A DNA stretch of 64,000 bases, from positions 64,001-128,000 of the IMG/VR virus record IMGVR_UViG_3300033067_002502; one strand, given 5' to 3'. This DNA is from a virus. Its lineage: Duplodnaviria; Caudoviricetes. The position numbers were made by a program, and so were the translations under genes. Shown piece after piece: positions 15,277-25,497 of this stretch. Under the pieces are notes generated by a model. The model searched no databases. It was not told where the DNA came from and was given only the letters and a program-made list of their open reading frames with translations. The stretch's first letter is position 1. Each line of letters starts with the position of its first letter.

Positions 15277-17961
15277 ATGCCAATAGATCCTGATCAATTA
15301 TCAGAAGCCAAAAGAAAAATATATAACCAGCTTATAGTTCACTGCTCTGTTGAAGAAGCTGAAAAGATGATAAACGATCTTGAACACGTTCAAGGAGCTT
15401 TTAGAAAAGCAAACGAAAGTGTTGCTTTATTTGAAAAGGGTTTATATTCTTTAGAATCTATACAAAGAAAATTGTCATCAGCTTTTGGTGCCGTATCAAG
15501 TGCTGCAAACTCTTTTTCTGGCATAATAAACGGTCCTACTCTTTCTATGAAGGCTGGTATTGAAGTTAGCTCTAAATACAGAGAGTCTTTTGTTCAAACA
15601 TATTCTCAGTTTCAAAAATATGGCACAACTGTATCTCAATACTCTGCCAGAATAGATTCTCTTCGTAATACATACAAGCTTACATATGAGCAGTCTATAA
15701 AGCTTGCTTCTGGAATGGAAAAAAGTTTTAATTTGACTAATCCTAAAAATCTAGATGGATATTTGCAAGGAATAAGAAAAACTGTTGGAAATAATGTTGA
15801 TGCTATAAATGAATTTAGAACAGCTCTTGAAGGTGCTACAAAAAACAATCCTATATTCCAAGAATTACTTGCTAATTCAGATTTCAAAGGAGCTGAAGAA
15901 TATGCTCAATCCTTATTAGGTTCTGGTCAAATGGATATGGACACTTATAAAGCATTTCAAGAAGCTGCCCAAGCTCAAAATAGACCAAAATCAGAACAAG
16001 ACCAATTGGATCAATTAATGAATCCTGTTGTTGCTATGAAAGGAATGGCAATGGCAATGGAAACTGGTGTAAAAAACGCTGGAGATTTAGGTCTTGCTGG
16101 TGTTGAGATGTCTGTCAAGATTGCTGGAGGTCTAGAAAACGTTGAAGCAGGTATAACAAAAGTCACAGAAGGCTTTGTTTTAGCGCAAACAGCCGTAAGC
16201 GGCCTATCTAGCGTTTTTAGCGGTCTTGTTGGCTCTTTTAGTGGAGTTTTGGGTGCTTTAGATGCTGCTGCTAATTTAAAATTACTTGGTCTAGGAGGCG
16301 GTGCTTTAAAATCTGTTGGAGGATCTATTGGGAAAGGTGTTTTATCTTTAGGAGGAATAGGTCTCAAGGGAGCTTTAGGTGCTACTGGAGTTGGAGCTCT
16401 TGCTGCTGCTACTGCTTATGGAGGATATAAAACTGGTAATTTTATTGCAGGAATTGCTGGCGTAAATGGATATGATACTACAGATGCTGAAAATGCAGAG
16501 TATCAAGCTAATAGCAGAGGAGCTGTTGCAAAAACCGATAAAGATAAACTTTTAACAAGAATGCTGTCTTTAGGAGCTAAATCAGACAAAGAAAAAATGC
16601 AAAGTTTAAGTGGCTTTACTGGATTATTTAGAAGTCAAGGAGTTGCAAGTGATGAAACTACAAAATCATTAAAAGACGCACAATCTCAATTAGCAGATAT
16701 TATTGAAAAAGAAAAAACACAAGCATCTGTTCAAGGAAAAGTAAATGAAGAAACCAAAAAAACAGAAGTTTTACAAAGTAAAGTAAATGAAGAAGTTAAG
16801 AAAATTGAAAAAAGCGAAGAATTAGTAGGAATTAAACTTCAAAAAAATGACTTTTTTCTTAAACAACAACAGAGGTATTTAGAGTCTTCAAATAAACTTT
16901 TATCTTCACAAATAAGCATATATGGAAAATCGGGGAATATTACAGGAATAGGCTCTGCTGTTTCTCTTAATAATGTTGAAATAAATAAAGAAGAACAATT
17001 AATTAAAGATAGATTGGAAATTCTTAAAAAACAAAGAGATAGTTCAACAAATGAAACAGGAAGAAGAGAAGCTCTTTCTGCGATAAGAGATAAAGAAGCA
17101 GAATTAAATGCTCTTACAGAAAAAAGAGTTGAAAACACAAATATGCTTGTTAGCTCTAATCAGCCTCAAATAGAGCAACAAGAAAGAGTAATTGGTTTAT
17201 TAGAAACTAATATTTCTTTACAAGATAGTGCTGGTCTTGGTTTGAAAGCTCAAATTAGTTCTAGAAAGCAACTTATAGATCAAATAGGGGTTGAGCTTTC
17301 TTTACTTAATCAAAAAGAAGACATTGCTATTAGAGAAAAGCAGTCTATAGAACAAAGATTACAAACAGCTGTTGGAGAAGAAAAGAATAGATTAGGAAGA
17401 GAATTGTATGAACAAAACAAAAATATACTGGAAATACAAAAACAACAAACACAAGCCGTTCAAAAACAAGCAGAAGTAAGTAAGTCAATGAGAGAAGGAT
17501 GGATTGGAGCAATTCAAGCAATGACAAGCGGTGCTGGAGTCTTTACAAGAATAGTTCTTGATAAAGATAAACGACTTGGAAATCTCGCTTTTGCTAGACC
17601 AGATGCAATAAAAGCTCTTGCTTTAGGAGGAACAACTGGAGGTAGAACAGAATCTGCTCGTTGGACTCCAGGTGGCTTTAGCGAAGGAAGTGTTGGTGGT
17701 TTTGAAAAAAGCGTATTAAAACAATATGGAGTTGATACAACAAATACTGTTCAACAAACGGTAAAAGCTTTAATGGATTATCAAAAAACAACTGGTTCTC
17801 AGATGTCTACAGCAGCGGCATCTTTTGGTATTGGTCCTCAAGGAACTGGAGAGGTCACGGAGTTAGTTAAAAAGATATCTGACATATTTATAACAGCTTT
17901 TACAGCAATAGGCTATAAGATTAAAGATGGAACTTTGAAAGAATTAGATAAAGGTAGATAA
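15277..17961 (+). CDS. Tail tape measure protein
   Basis: 894 aa, helical/coiled-coil, central Gly/Ala-rich hydrophobic segment, 14-aa KVNEE repeat (16738/16780); follows the frameshifted chaperone. Confidence 0.8.
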   Translation: MPIDPDQLSEAKRKIYNQLIVHCSVEEAEKMINDLEHVQGAFRKANESVALFEKGLYSLESIQRKLSSAFGAVSSAANSFSGIINGPTLSMKAGIEVSSKYRESFVQTYSQFQKYGTTVSQYSARIDSLRNTYKLTYEQSIKLASGMEKSFNLTNPKNLDGYLQGIRKTVGNNVDAINEFRTALEGATKNNPIFQELLANSDFKGAEEYAQSLLGSGQMDMDTYKAFQEAAQAQNRPKSEQDQLDQLMNPVVAMKGMAMAMETGVKNAGDLGLAGVEMSVKIAGGLENVEAGITKVTEGFVLAQTAVSGLSSVFSGLVGSFSGVLGALDAAANLKLLGLGGGALKSVGGSIGKGVLSLGGIGLKGALGATGVGALAAATAYGGYKTGNFIAGIAGVNGYDTTDAENAEYQANSRGAVAKTDKDKLLTRMLSLGAKSDKEKMQSLSGFTGLFRSQGVASDETTKSLKDAQSQLADIIEKEKTQASVQGKVNEETKKTEVLQSKVNEEVKKIEKSEELVGIKLQKNDFFLKQQQRYLESSNKLLSSQISIYGKSGNITGIGSAVSLNNVEINKEEQLIKDRLEILKKQRDSSTNETGRREALSAIRDKEAELNALTEKRVENTNMLVSSNQPQIEQQERVIGLLETNISLQDSAGLGLKAQISSRKQLIDQIGVELSLLNQKEDIAIREKQSIEQRLQTAVGEEKNRLGRELYEQNKNILEIQKQQTQAVQKQAEVSKSMREGWIGAIQAMTSGAGVFTRIVLDKDKRLGNLAFARPDAIKALALGGTTGGRTESARWTPGGFSEGSVGGFEKSVLKQYGVDTTNTVQQTVKALMDYQKTTGSQMSTAAASFGIGPQGTGEVTELVKKISDIFITAFTAIGYKIKDGTLKELDKGR

Positions 17962-20900
17962 TGCCAACAACATGTTTAGGTAATTTACTTCCAAGTAGTG
18001 TTCTTGCTTATGATAATATAGATTTATTACCAAATGGATTTATTCCAACAATAGGAACAACAGCAAGGCCTAAAAATCGAAATCAAGAAGGATCTATTAT
18101 ATCTGAAAAAGAAGTAATAAACTTATTACCAGCAGATAGAATATATGCTGAATTTTGGTATGGGGTTTCTTCTCGTGTTACTGGCACTAATCTTGGTGAT
18201 TTAGGAGGAGGATCTTTTGATGCTCTTGGATTCCTAGGAGGAGGAGCTGGTGCAGGAATTGGAGGAGCTTTATCTTGTTCTTTGCAAGGAGACTCTGAAC
18301 AGGTAAAATCAAGATGGGTTTTTCATGTCGCAGACGCTGAAAGTAGAATAAATAACGAAATAATTTTAACTAAAGAAAACATTAAAACAGGGATTATATC
18401 TTTACCAGATTATGTTATTGCAGTTCTTGGTGTTACAAGAAATCCTATTGTTTTTGCTTCAACAGATGTAACTCTTACAAAAGAACAAATTGCTAAAGCG
18501 AAAGAAATGACTGCAAAAGAAGTAGAGTCTATTCTTGGAAAAAGAATTTCTCCTAATAATTTAACAGATAGTGATATAAGAAAATTATTAGGAATACAAG
18601 ATTTTAATGAATTGGATAATTTAGGAAATTCTCAAAGATCTATAAAAGGGTGGCCTCAAACTCAAGACGGACAAATACAAGCAGAATTCAAAAATTATAA
18701 ATATTCTGATAAGGAAAATTTATTTGTAAAAATTATAAGAGATTCAAGAAAAAATTATTATAGAGCAGATAATGAATATGACAGAAATAACGGTCATTGT
18801 TTCTGGAATGGAAGTACTGACGATCTTACAGATAAGTCTATTAATTTTAAACTAAAAGAAGAAAATAATTCTGTATTACTGAAAGAAGGTGAAAAAGTTT
18901 ATATATCTTATTCTGCTGCAATAGATCCTATTTTTAGACATGCAACAGAAAATAAAACTAATTTTTTTCTTTTTCCAGATCAAAGTGTTTATCAGTTGCC
19001 TCCTTTGGATTATGTAAAAGGATGGAATTTTAAAAAATTCAGATTTAGTGTTAGAAAAAAAGAAACAGAACGCTGTTCTCTATTAGATATATCTCATGAT
19101 GATCTTATTTATAAACAAATATCTGAGATACAAAATTCTTCTATATCTCTAGCAGAAAAAACAAAACAAATAAGCATATTACAACAAAAAACCCTTCTTA
19201 TAAGCATTGAGTGTCAACGACTTATAGAATCAAAGCTTGAAAAATCTCAAAGATCTCCTTTTATAAAGGGTTGTTATTTTGCTGATTCTAGAGGGATATT
19301 ATCTGTAGATTTTAGAGCAAATGGGCAGCCTGTTCTTTTAATCCCTCGCTCTAGTATAAGAGATCAGTCTTGGTTTGATGCATTGTTGCTAGATTTGCAA
19401 CAAAATACTATTGTTTTTGATTCAAATGGAGAACTTATTTTAAATAGAGCAGATGAATCGTTTTTTGATGATTTTTTATTTGATATTAGCGATCATGTAA
19501 ATATGTCAACATATGATAATGAAAAATTTGGATACGAGAGAAGACTTGCTAATGCTATTTCAAAATGCTCTATTTATGTTGAAGAAAATACAAAAAGTGG
19601 TGTTGGTTTTCCTAATCTTGATTTTATAAAGAACAAGACTTTAGGAAGAAATTCTTATGACTTGACAAGCGCAAAATTTGATTCTGTTCCAATGCAAGGT
19701 TCTTCTAATGTCTTTTCTTGTAATATCTCTTTTGTTTATGATTTTGGATTTTGTACAAAAGGGACTATTTCTGCTCAAATGCTTTTGAGAACTCCTATTT
19801 TTTTTGATAAATTGAGTAAAAAGTCAAGGATATATGTTGAAAAATTTCAAGCACAAAATCCATTAAAAGGTGATGGAGCTATTTGGGCTGGAACTAAACC
19901 TTCGTCTAGTGATAATTATTCAGTATCTACTGATCCAAAAAATTATTGTGGATATCTAGTATATCCAAATTCAAACAACGGAACTACTAATTTTAGAATA
20001 TTTAAAAACAGCATTGTAAACAAAGAGTCTTATTCTTTAAAATTACAAGATCCAAAAGTTGAAGGACATACTCTTCTTCCTATAGATTCTACTTTAACAG
20101 AAGATGCTATTAAAAATGGAGGATATGACAGTATATTAGGAGATCAGCCTGGTTATTTTGCAGGAACTGAAATAACAACAGAAAAGGCTTTTATGCTTTT
20201 GAATAAAGTATCTTATTCTATTATAAAAAAAGATAAATTGACTTTTACAAAAGATAATTCAACTGGAAGGTTGAATGTTGTAGGATTACCTAATAGGCGT
20301 TTGAAAAAAATAACAATAACATACGTTCCTATATCTTTTAATTTTGTAAGTCAAGAAAAGCTTATATCTTTTATTTTTCCTAATTCAAAGACGGTTATTG
20401 ATAATATCGAAATACCATATGAGGGTAAATTTAGGATTATTCCAAAAACATTTTATGTTGATACTAAATATGTTAGTTTGGAAAATTGGTTTATTGATGG
20501 AAATGTTCTGCGTCAAATAAATATAATAAGCATTGAAGCGGAGTCTATAGATGAAACGGAGTATCAAAAATATAAGATATCAACAAATTCCGTTAGTACT
20601 TGCTTTGATTCTTCTGGCAATTGGTTTGTTTTCTATGAAGATGAAAAAGGAGGGGAAGGAAATCTTTCTGATGGAGGAACCATAGAGAAATTTGCTGATG
20701 GTAGTCACTTAGTTGGTATTAGTGAATTAGGAGAAATGACAGGTCTTCAAGAAAAATCAGATAAAGAAATATCTTGTTTATTGTCTCCTGATTACGGAAT
20801 TACTTGGTATGATTTTAAGGGGATTGTAAGAACTGTTGTTGGTGATTCTATTAGTAACCCTTATGTTGTTTCAGATAAATTAAGTAAAAATATGCATTTA

Positions 20901-21779
20901 TTTTATGTTTTAAATGATATGTTGATGCATAAAATTATAAGTCCAAATTCTTTAGATCCGAAAGATGCATTTCTTGCTTATAAAAGACCAAATGTTTTAA
21001 ATGCAAAAACAGATAAAGGTTATGGTTTGTATCATTTTTCTGCTAAAGGAAGAGTAATGAGAGAAAGCCATAGCAGCGTTGTTGTTGGAAATTTATCAAG
21101 TACTTATTTAAAAAATGAATATAATATTATTTCTGATATGAAAAAAATAAACAGAAATGATTTTAGAATATTAGTTTCAGGAGATAATGTTGATTATAAA
21201 AACGGTTTTTCTGAAATAGATTTTTTCCCATATAAAGACTCAACAGGTAATTTAGTAGTAATATTTATATATGATAGTAAGATGTATTGTAGATCTAGTT
21301 CTGATAATGGTGATTCTTGGTTTGATGTTTTTGAAGAAGGGATTCTTATTCATAAAAACAGTAATTCTCAAGATTTAAAACCAATAAAAAATTTAGGAAT
21401 GTCTATAGATTTGAAATTAGAAATGGCATATTTAACTTATCAAGTAGATGGTATGCTATTTATAAGGAAATTTAAATCAAAAATATCTAAAGATACTTTT
21501 ATTTTGGATAATGATTTTTCAAAATCAACTTTTATTGTTGGAAATGTATCTACTGAATTAAAGAATGCTTTTGTAAACAAGGAAACTCCAATTATTTTTC
21601 CGTATAAAGATATAGATGTTTTTGGTGAAGGTTTTTCAATCTTAGAAGTACCTTCTTTAGGATATTCTTTATCAAATGGTCTTTTGAGGTTTTTTTATAA
21701 AGATTCAGAAGGCAATTTTAGGGCGTTCTCTTATACTGAAACCCCAATATTAGACATTAATTATGGAAAAGGCAAATAA
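17961..21779 (+). CDS. Large tail-tip protein with a C-terminal Asp-box (BNR) beta-propeller
   Basis: 1272 aa; Asp-boxes SPDYGITW and SSDNGDSW; TAATG overlap with the tape measure gene. Confidence 0.65.
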   Translation: MPTTCLGNLLPSSVLAYDNIDLLPNGFIPTIGTTARPKNRNQEGSIISEKEVINLLPADRIYAEFWYGVSSRVTGTNLGDLGGGSFDALGFLGGGAGAGIGGALSCSLQGDSEQVKSRWVFHVADAESRINNEIILTKENIKTGIISLPDYVIAVLGVTRNPIVFASTDVTLTKEQIAKAKEMTAKEVESILGKRISPNNLTDSDIRKLLGIQDFNELDNLGNSQRSIKGWPQTQDGQIQAEFKNYKYSDKENLFVKIIRDSRKNYYRADNEYDRNNGHCFWNGSTDDLTDKSINFKLKEENNSVLLKEGEKVYISYSAAIDPIFRHATENKTNFFLFPDQSVYQLPPLDYVKGWNFKKFRFSVRKKETERCSLLDISHDDLIYKQISEIQNSSISLAEKTKQISILQQKTLLISIECQRLIESKLEKSQRSPFIKGCYFADSRGILSVDFRANGQPVLLIPRSSIRDQSWFDALLLDLQQNTIVFDSNGELILNRADESFFDDFLFDISDHVNMSTYDNEKFGYERRLANAISKCSIYVEENTKSGVGFPNLDFIKNKTLGRNSYDLTSAKFDSVPMQGSSNVFSCNISFVYDFGFCTKGTISAQMLLRTPIFFDKLSKKSRIYVEKFQAQNPLKGDGAIWAGTKPSSSDNYSVSTDPKNYCGYLVYPNSNNGTTNFRIFKNSIVNKESYSLKLQDPKVEGHTLLPIDSTLTEDAIKNGGYDSILGDQPGYFAGTEITTEKAFMLLNKVSYSIIKKDKLTFTKDNSTGRLNVVGLPNRRLKKITITYVPISFNFVSQEKLISFIFPNSKTVIDNIEIPYEGKFRIIPKTFYVDTKYVSLENWFIDGNVLRQINIISIEAESIDETEYQKYKISTNSVSTCFDSSGNWFVFYEDEKGGEGNLSDGGTIEKFADGSHLVGISELGEMTGLQEKSDKEISCLLSPDYGITWYDFKGIVRTVVGDSISNPYVVSDKLSKNMHLFYVLNDMLMHKIISPNSLDPKDAFLAYKRPNVLNAKTDKGYGLYHFSAKGRVMRESHSSVVVGNLSSTYLKNEYNIISDMKKINRNDFRILVSGDNVDYKNGFSEIDFFPYKDSTGNLVVIFIYDSKMYCRSSSDNGDSWFDVFEEGILIHKNSNSQDLKPIKNLGMSIDLKLEMAYLTYQVDGMLFIRKFKSKISKDTFILDNDFSKSTFIVGNVSTELKNAFVNKETPIIFPYKDIDVFGEGFSILEVPSLGYSLSNGLLRFFYKDSEGNFRAFSYTETPILDINYGKGK

Positions 21780-24700
21780 TGGCAACTTTAGAAACAGCTT
21801 CTCCGGGTTCTCCTGGTAGATTAAAATTTAAATGCGTTCTTTGGTCTAATTGTCCTGTTTATGAAAGAGTTAAACAGGATCAGTCTTATATTTTTTCGCC
21901 AGAAACAATGCAATTTGCTCCTCAATCTCTTAAAAATAAGATTGTTACAATAAACGGATTAGATGGAGCCTTTTTGCGACCTATCCCTAATTTGAATTTA
22001 CATAATTTTATTAGTTTTATTAAGCCTATTATACCTTTTAGGTATGAGTTACTTCCAAAATTTCCAAAATCAGATAAAGAAAATCGTTATAGTTGGGATA
22101 GAGTTATACCTATAAATTATTTGGATTTTTTACAAGTTAATAATTCAATAACATCAGGATTTTTAAAGGTTACCAGTGGAGGATCTGTAGCTTCTTCAAG
22201 TGCTATTGGATCTCATCAAACATGGATTGCTGATGGTAGTTTATATTGTTATGTAAATATAAATCCTCTTGAATATTCTTCTATAGAAAGCATGACTCCT
22301 TCTGCTTTGAAAGCTCAAAAATCTTTTTGCACAAAATGGGAGTATCTTGAAGATGTTGTTAGTCATTCTGAAGGAAATTCTTCCTCTTCTATAAATTTAT
22401 ATAAGAATACAGTTTGCGTTCCATGCACAAGCGGTAATCTATCTATTAAAGATCCTATAGATGTTATGAAAAGTAATGGAGCTGAAGATTCTTTTAAGGT
22501 TTCAGATGCCGTTTATAAAAACATAAACCCAGGCATGCATTGGCGTGTTTTAAAGAGAACTCCTATTTTTCAGGGAGAGGACTTTTCTGTTGAATTTTCT
22601 TCAAAAGCTACATCTACTACAAATTCGGGTCAATCATCTGCAAAATATCTTATGTTGAATAAGTTTAAATTTTTGGATATATCTTCTCAGTATACTTCAG
22701 AAACTCAATGCAGTTCTCTTAATGAAGATGGTCTTTATGATAAAAAATTAAATGAAGAAGCTATTAATAATATAAAGAAAATTTTTGATTTTAGCAATCA
22801 GATTTATTATATGATTGAAATAGGAGTTGGAGATCCTGACCATAATTATTGGTTAATTATTGCAGAAAATTTATCTCCAATATTTTGTCATGTAGGAAAA
22901 GTAGCTTCTCTTTCTTGTAAGATTTACGAAAGCTCATCAATAACTCAAGAAGAACCAAAAAAGAATAATAATTCTAGTGAGGTGTTTCCTTGTTCTACTG
23001 ATTCAGAATCTGATTCTGGTCAAGGAGCAAGAACTGATCAAAATAATTCGCCTTTAAAAGAGATTGTTATAGCTTCCGTTGGAAAAGAGCCTATTCTTAG
23101 AAAATTATCAACTTATGAAGGTGTAAATTCTTTATCACTTATTAAACAAGAAAAGTTAAAAATTTCAATTAGGCAACATTCAGGCAATATTGTTGTTGTT
23201 TTTTCAGAGCATGAAAATAATCCTTGGGTTATTTCTAGAAAAGATATAGATCCAGCAACAACTCCAATAACAACAGAAGACGGACCACTTAATCCTGTTG
23301 GAGAAAGTAATGTTGTTTATAAAACAATTCAAATGCTTATACCTTTTGGTCAAATTGCTCTTATGGGAGGAAATAGAAAATGTGGATTTAGCTTTTCTCC
23401 TATGATTTATGATAAAATAAATCAATTTGTAATGCCTCAACCTCTTTCTGTTCAAGGGCCGGTAGGTGTTGATGATATGGAATTTCTTTGGAGTGATAAG
23501 GGCAAGAGTTTTAATCCCTCAGTATCTGTAAATTTATTAAATCAACAATATACAAATGAAGCAGGTGTGTATGGAGAATATATTTTAGATAAGAAAAAAG
23601 ACAAAGTTTCTTATAAGTGGACTAGAGCTATTGATGTTCAAGAAGAATCTGTTTATAATTATGGAAAAGCTCCAGACATGATGAATAATAAAGAGGCGTG
23701 GGATAAAGGAGCTAGAGAGTCTGTTTTGGCTTTAGACGCTTCGGAATGTTCTATTTCTCAAGGGTCTACTTCTTCTAATAGCAAACTAATGCAGATTTCT
23801 ATACAAATAACACCTGGCGGTTATATGTTTCCAGCAATAGACGGAGGAGATCCTTGGATCTTAAAAGATTGTGTTACTCCTATAATCTATTTATATAGAA
23901 TGAATGTTGCTCCTAAAGGAACTATTTATAAAAAAGACCCAATTGATGTAAGTCAACATGTTTTAACATTCAGTGATGAGTGGTCAGAAACAGACTGGCA
24001 AAAATTAGAACATAGCGGCTCTATTTCTTTTATTGTTAGCGATGGGATGAAATTTGTAAATAACCAGTCTAATTATCTTTATTCATTGACTGATAAAACG
24101 TTTTATTTACAAATAAGTATGTGGTGGGAAGGTGGTATTATGAAAACAGCATTAGATCCTAGAGATAATATTGTTTTTACTGGATTTTGTCATGGAGGAG
24201 TATTAACAACAGAAACAAATAAAAAGGTTTTAGATTGTAAAATAATAGATTATTCAAAAATACTTAAGGATCAGTTTTTCTTAAATTCTCCATTTTTTGA
24301 TAGGATGAGAGATGTTAATGCTGTTAAAGATATTATGCAACTTGCAGGATTGAGAGATGGCGAGGATAATGAATCTTCATTTGAGCCTGGATCTTTAATA
24401 AGAATACTAGCTGACGATCAATCTATTTCAGGATGGTATTGGTTCTTTTTCAACGGAGATAAAATTTGTGATAGAGAATTTGCATTGCCTGGATCTTATG
24501 ATATCTTACAATCTCCTTTTATGAGATTTTCAGATGGAAGTAGTTATTGGGATGCAATTGAGAGAATATCTCAATTGTCTAATAAGGTTGCTTTTTTTGA
24601 TAGACTTGGGGTTTTTCATTTTAATCCGCTTCCTTACGATCAGGAAATTTGGGGAGGACAAAGTGGATCTCAAACAAGATGGACTATTCAAGACTGGGCA

Positions 24701-25279
24701 GAACTTAGTAAAGTTGATTTTTTTGCAACCCCAAAACAGCTTGGTGTTACTAGCGGAGATTGTGCTAAATTAGGAAATCAGATTGTTGGAGATTATAAAG
24801 TTGAAAGAGTTGTTCAAGATGTTATGAATGAAATAAAAGTTATAACAACAACTCCTAATGGAGAAATTCTTGTTGCAGGTCATACAAATTATGCTTCTTT
24901 GAACGATCCTGATTCTCCTGGGTTTTTAGGATACCGTAAGCCTTTTTTACAAATGGATGGTATTTTTGGTTCAGAAGCTACCGTAAAATGGGTAGTTAAG
25001 AACTATACTAGAATGTTTATCCCACCAATAAAGGTTTCTTTCAAAGCAATTGGAAGAAATGATATAAAAGCTCTGGATGTTATAACCTTTCAACCATTAG
25101 GTTCTAGAGAGAAGCAGCCTTTAGTTATAACTTCAGTTAAAAGCGAAGTTGATGCTTCTAAGGGTACTTGGTTCCAAGATTTTGAATGCTTGTGGTTATT
25201 CCCAAGACAAGATGTTCAGTGGGGGAACACGAATGAGATTGGTCTTGGATTAGATGGTTCTATTTCTGGTACAGCATAA
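21779..25279 (+). CDS. Baseplate hub / Tal-like tail-tip protein
   Basis: C-terminal third: VFTGF...DYSKILK...AVKDIMQLAG...WDAIERISQLSNKVAFFDRLGVFHF...NEIKV...VITSVKSEVD pattern of hub proteins. Confidence 0.65.
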   Translation: MATLETASPGSPGRLKFKCVLWSNCPVYERVKQDQSYIFSPETMQFAPQSLKNKIVTINGLDGAFLRPIPNLNLHNFISFIKPIIPFRYELLPKFPKSDKENRYSWDRVIPINYLDFLQVNNSITSGFLKVTSGGSVASSSAIGSHQTWIADGSLYCYVNINPLEYSSIESMTPSALKAQKSFCTKWEYLEDVVSHSEGNSSSSINLYKNTVCVPCTSGNLSIKDPIDVMKSNGAEDSFKVSDAVYKNINPGMHWRVLKRTPIFQGEDFSVEFSSKATSTTNSGQSSAKYLMLNKFKFLDISSQYTSETQCSSLNEDGLYDKKLNEEAINNIKKIFDFSNQIYYMIEIGVGDPDHNYWLIIAENLSPIFCHVGKVASLSCKIYESSSITQEEPKKNNNSSEVFPCSTDSESDSGQGARTDQNNSPLKEIVIASVGKEPILRKLSTYEGVNSLSLIKQEKLKISIRQHSGNIVVVFSEHENNPWVISRKDIDPATTPITTEDGPLNPVGESNVVYKTIQMLIPFGQIALMGGNRKCGFSFSPMIYDKINQFVMPQPLSVQGPVGVDDMEFLWSDKGKSFNPSVSVNLLNQQYTNEAGVYGEYILDKKKDKVSYKWTRAIDVQEESVYNYGKAPDMMNNKEAWDKGARESVLALDASECSISQGSTSSNSKLMQISIQITPGGYMFPAIDGGDPWILKDCVTPIIYLYRMNVAPKGTIYKKDPIDVSQHVLTFSDEWSETDWQKLEHSGSISFIVSDGMKFVNNQSNYLYSLTDKTFYLQISMWWEGGIMKTALDPRDNIVFTGFCHGGVLTTETNKKVLDCKIIDYSKILKDQFFLNSPFFDRMRDVNAVKDIMQLAGLRDGEDNESSFEPGSLIRILADDQSISGWYWFFFNGDKICDREFALPGSYDILQSPFMRFSDGSSYWDAIERISQLSNKVAFFDRLGVFHFNPLPYDQEIWGGQSGSQTRWTIQDWAELSKVDFFATPKQLGVTSGDCAKLGNQIVGDYKVERVVQDVMNEIKVITTTPNGEILVAGHTNYASLNDPDSPGFLGYRKPFLQMDGIFGSEATVKWVVKNYTRMFIPPIKVSFKAIGRNDIKALDVITFQPLGSREKQPLVITSVKSEVDASKGTWFQDFECLWLFPRQDVQWGNTNEIGLGLDGSISGTA

Positions 25280-25289
25280 GGAGGTTAGT

Positions 25290-25493
25290 ATGTCTAAAAA
25301 TAACGTTTCTTCTATTTGGTCTAAGATGAGAGAAGAGATTAAGAAAGATAGGAATTCTTCTGAGAATTTTCTTGCTATTAGAAATAACCGACAGGGTTAT
25401 AGAGGTATGGGTTTGTATCAACTTTCAAGGAACACAGCCGCAGAAGGTGTTATGATTGTTGGAGTTACTAGAGGCGGCAAAGTTGGAGCATAA
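25290..25493 (+). CDS. Small basic hypothetical protein (67 aa)
   Basis: ATG 25290 with SD AGGAGG at 25279-25284. Confidence 0.7.
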   Translation: MSKNNVSSIWSKMREEIKKDRNSSENFLAIRNNRQGYRGMGLYQLSRNTAAEGVMIVGVTRGGKVGA

Positions 25494-25497
25494 ATAA

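Noticed and set aside
7704-25279. Contractile injection system, tailocin or cellular S-layer/adhesin locus
   Set aside because: No sheath or wedge genes; a head-tail adaptor, phoH and a G/GT chaperone indicate a true phage; the giant proteins lack signal peptides
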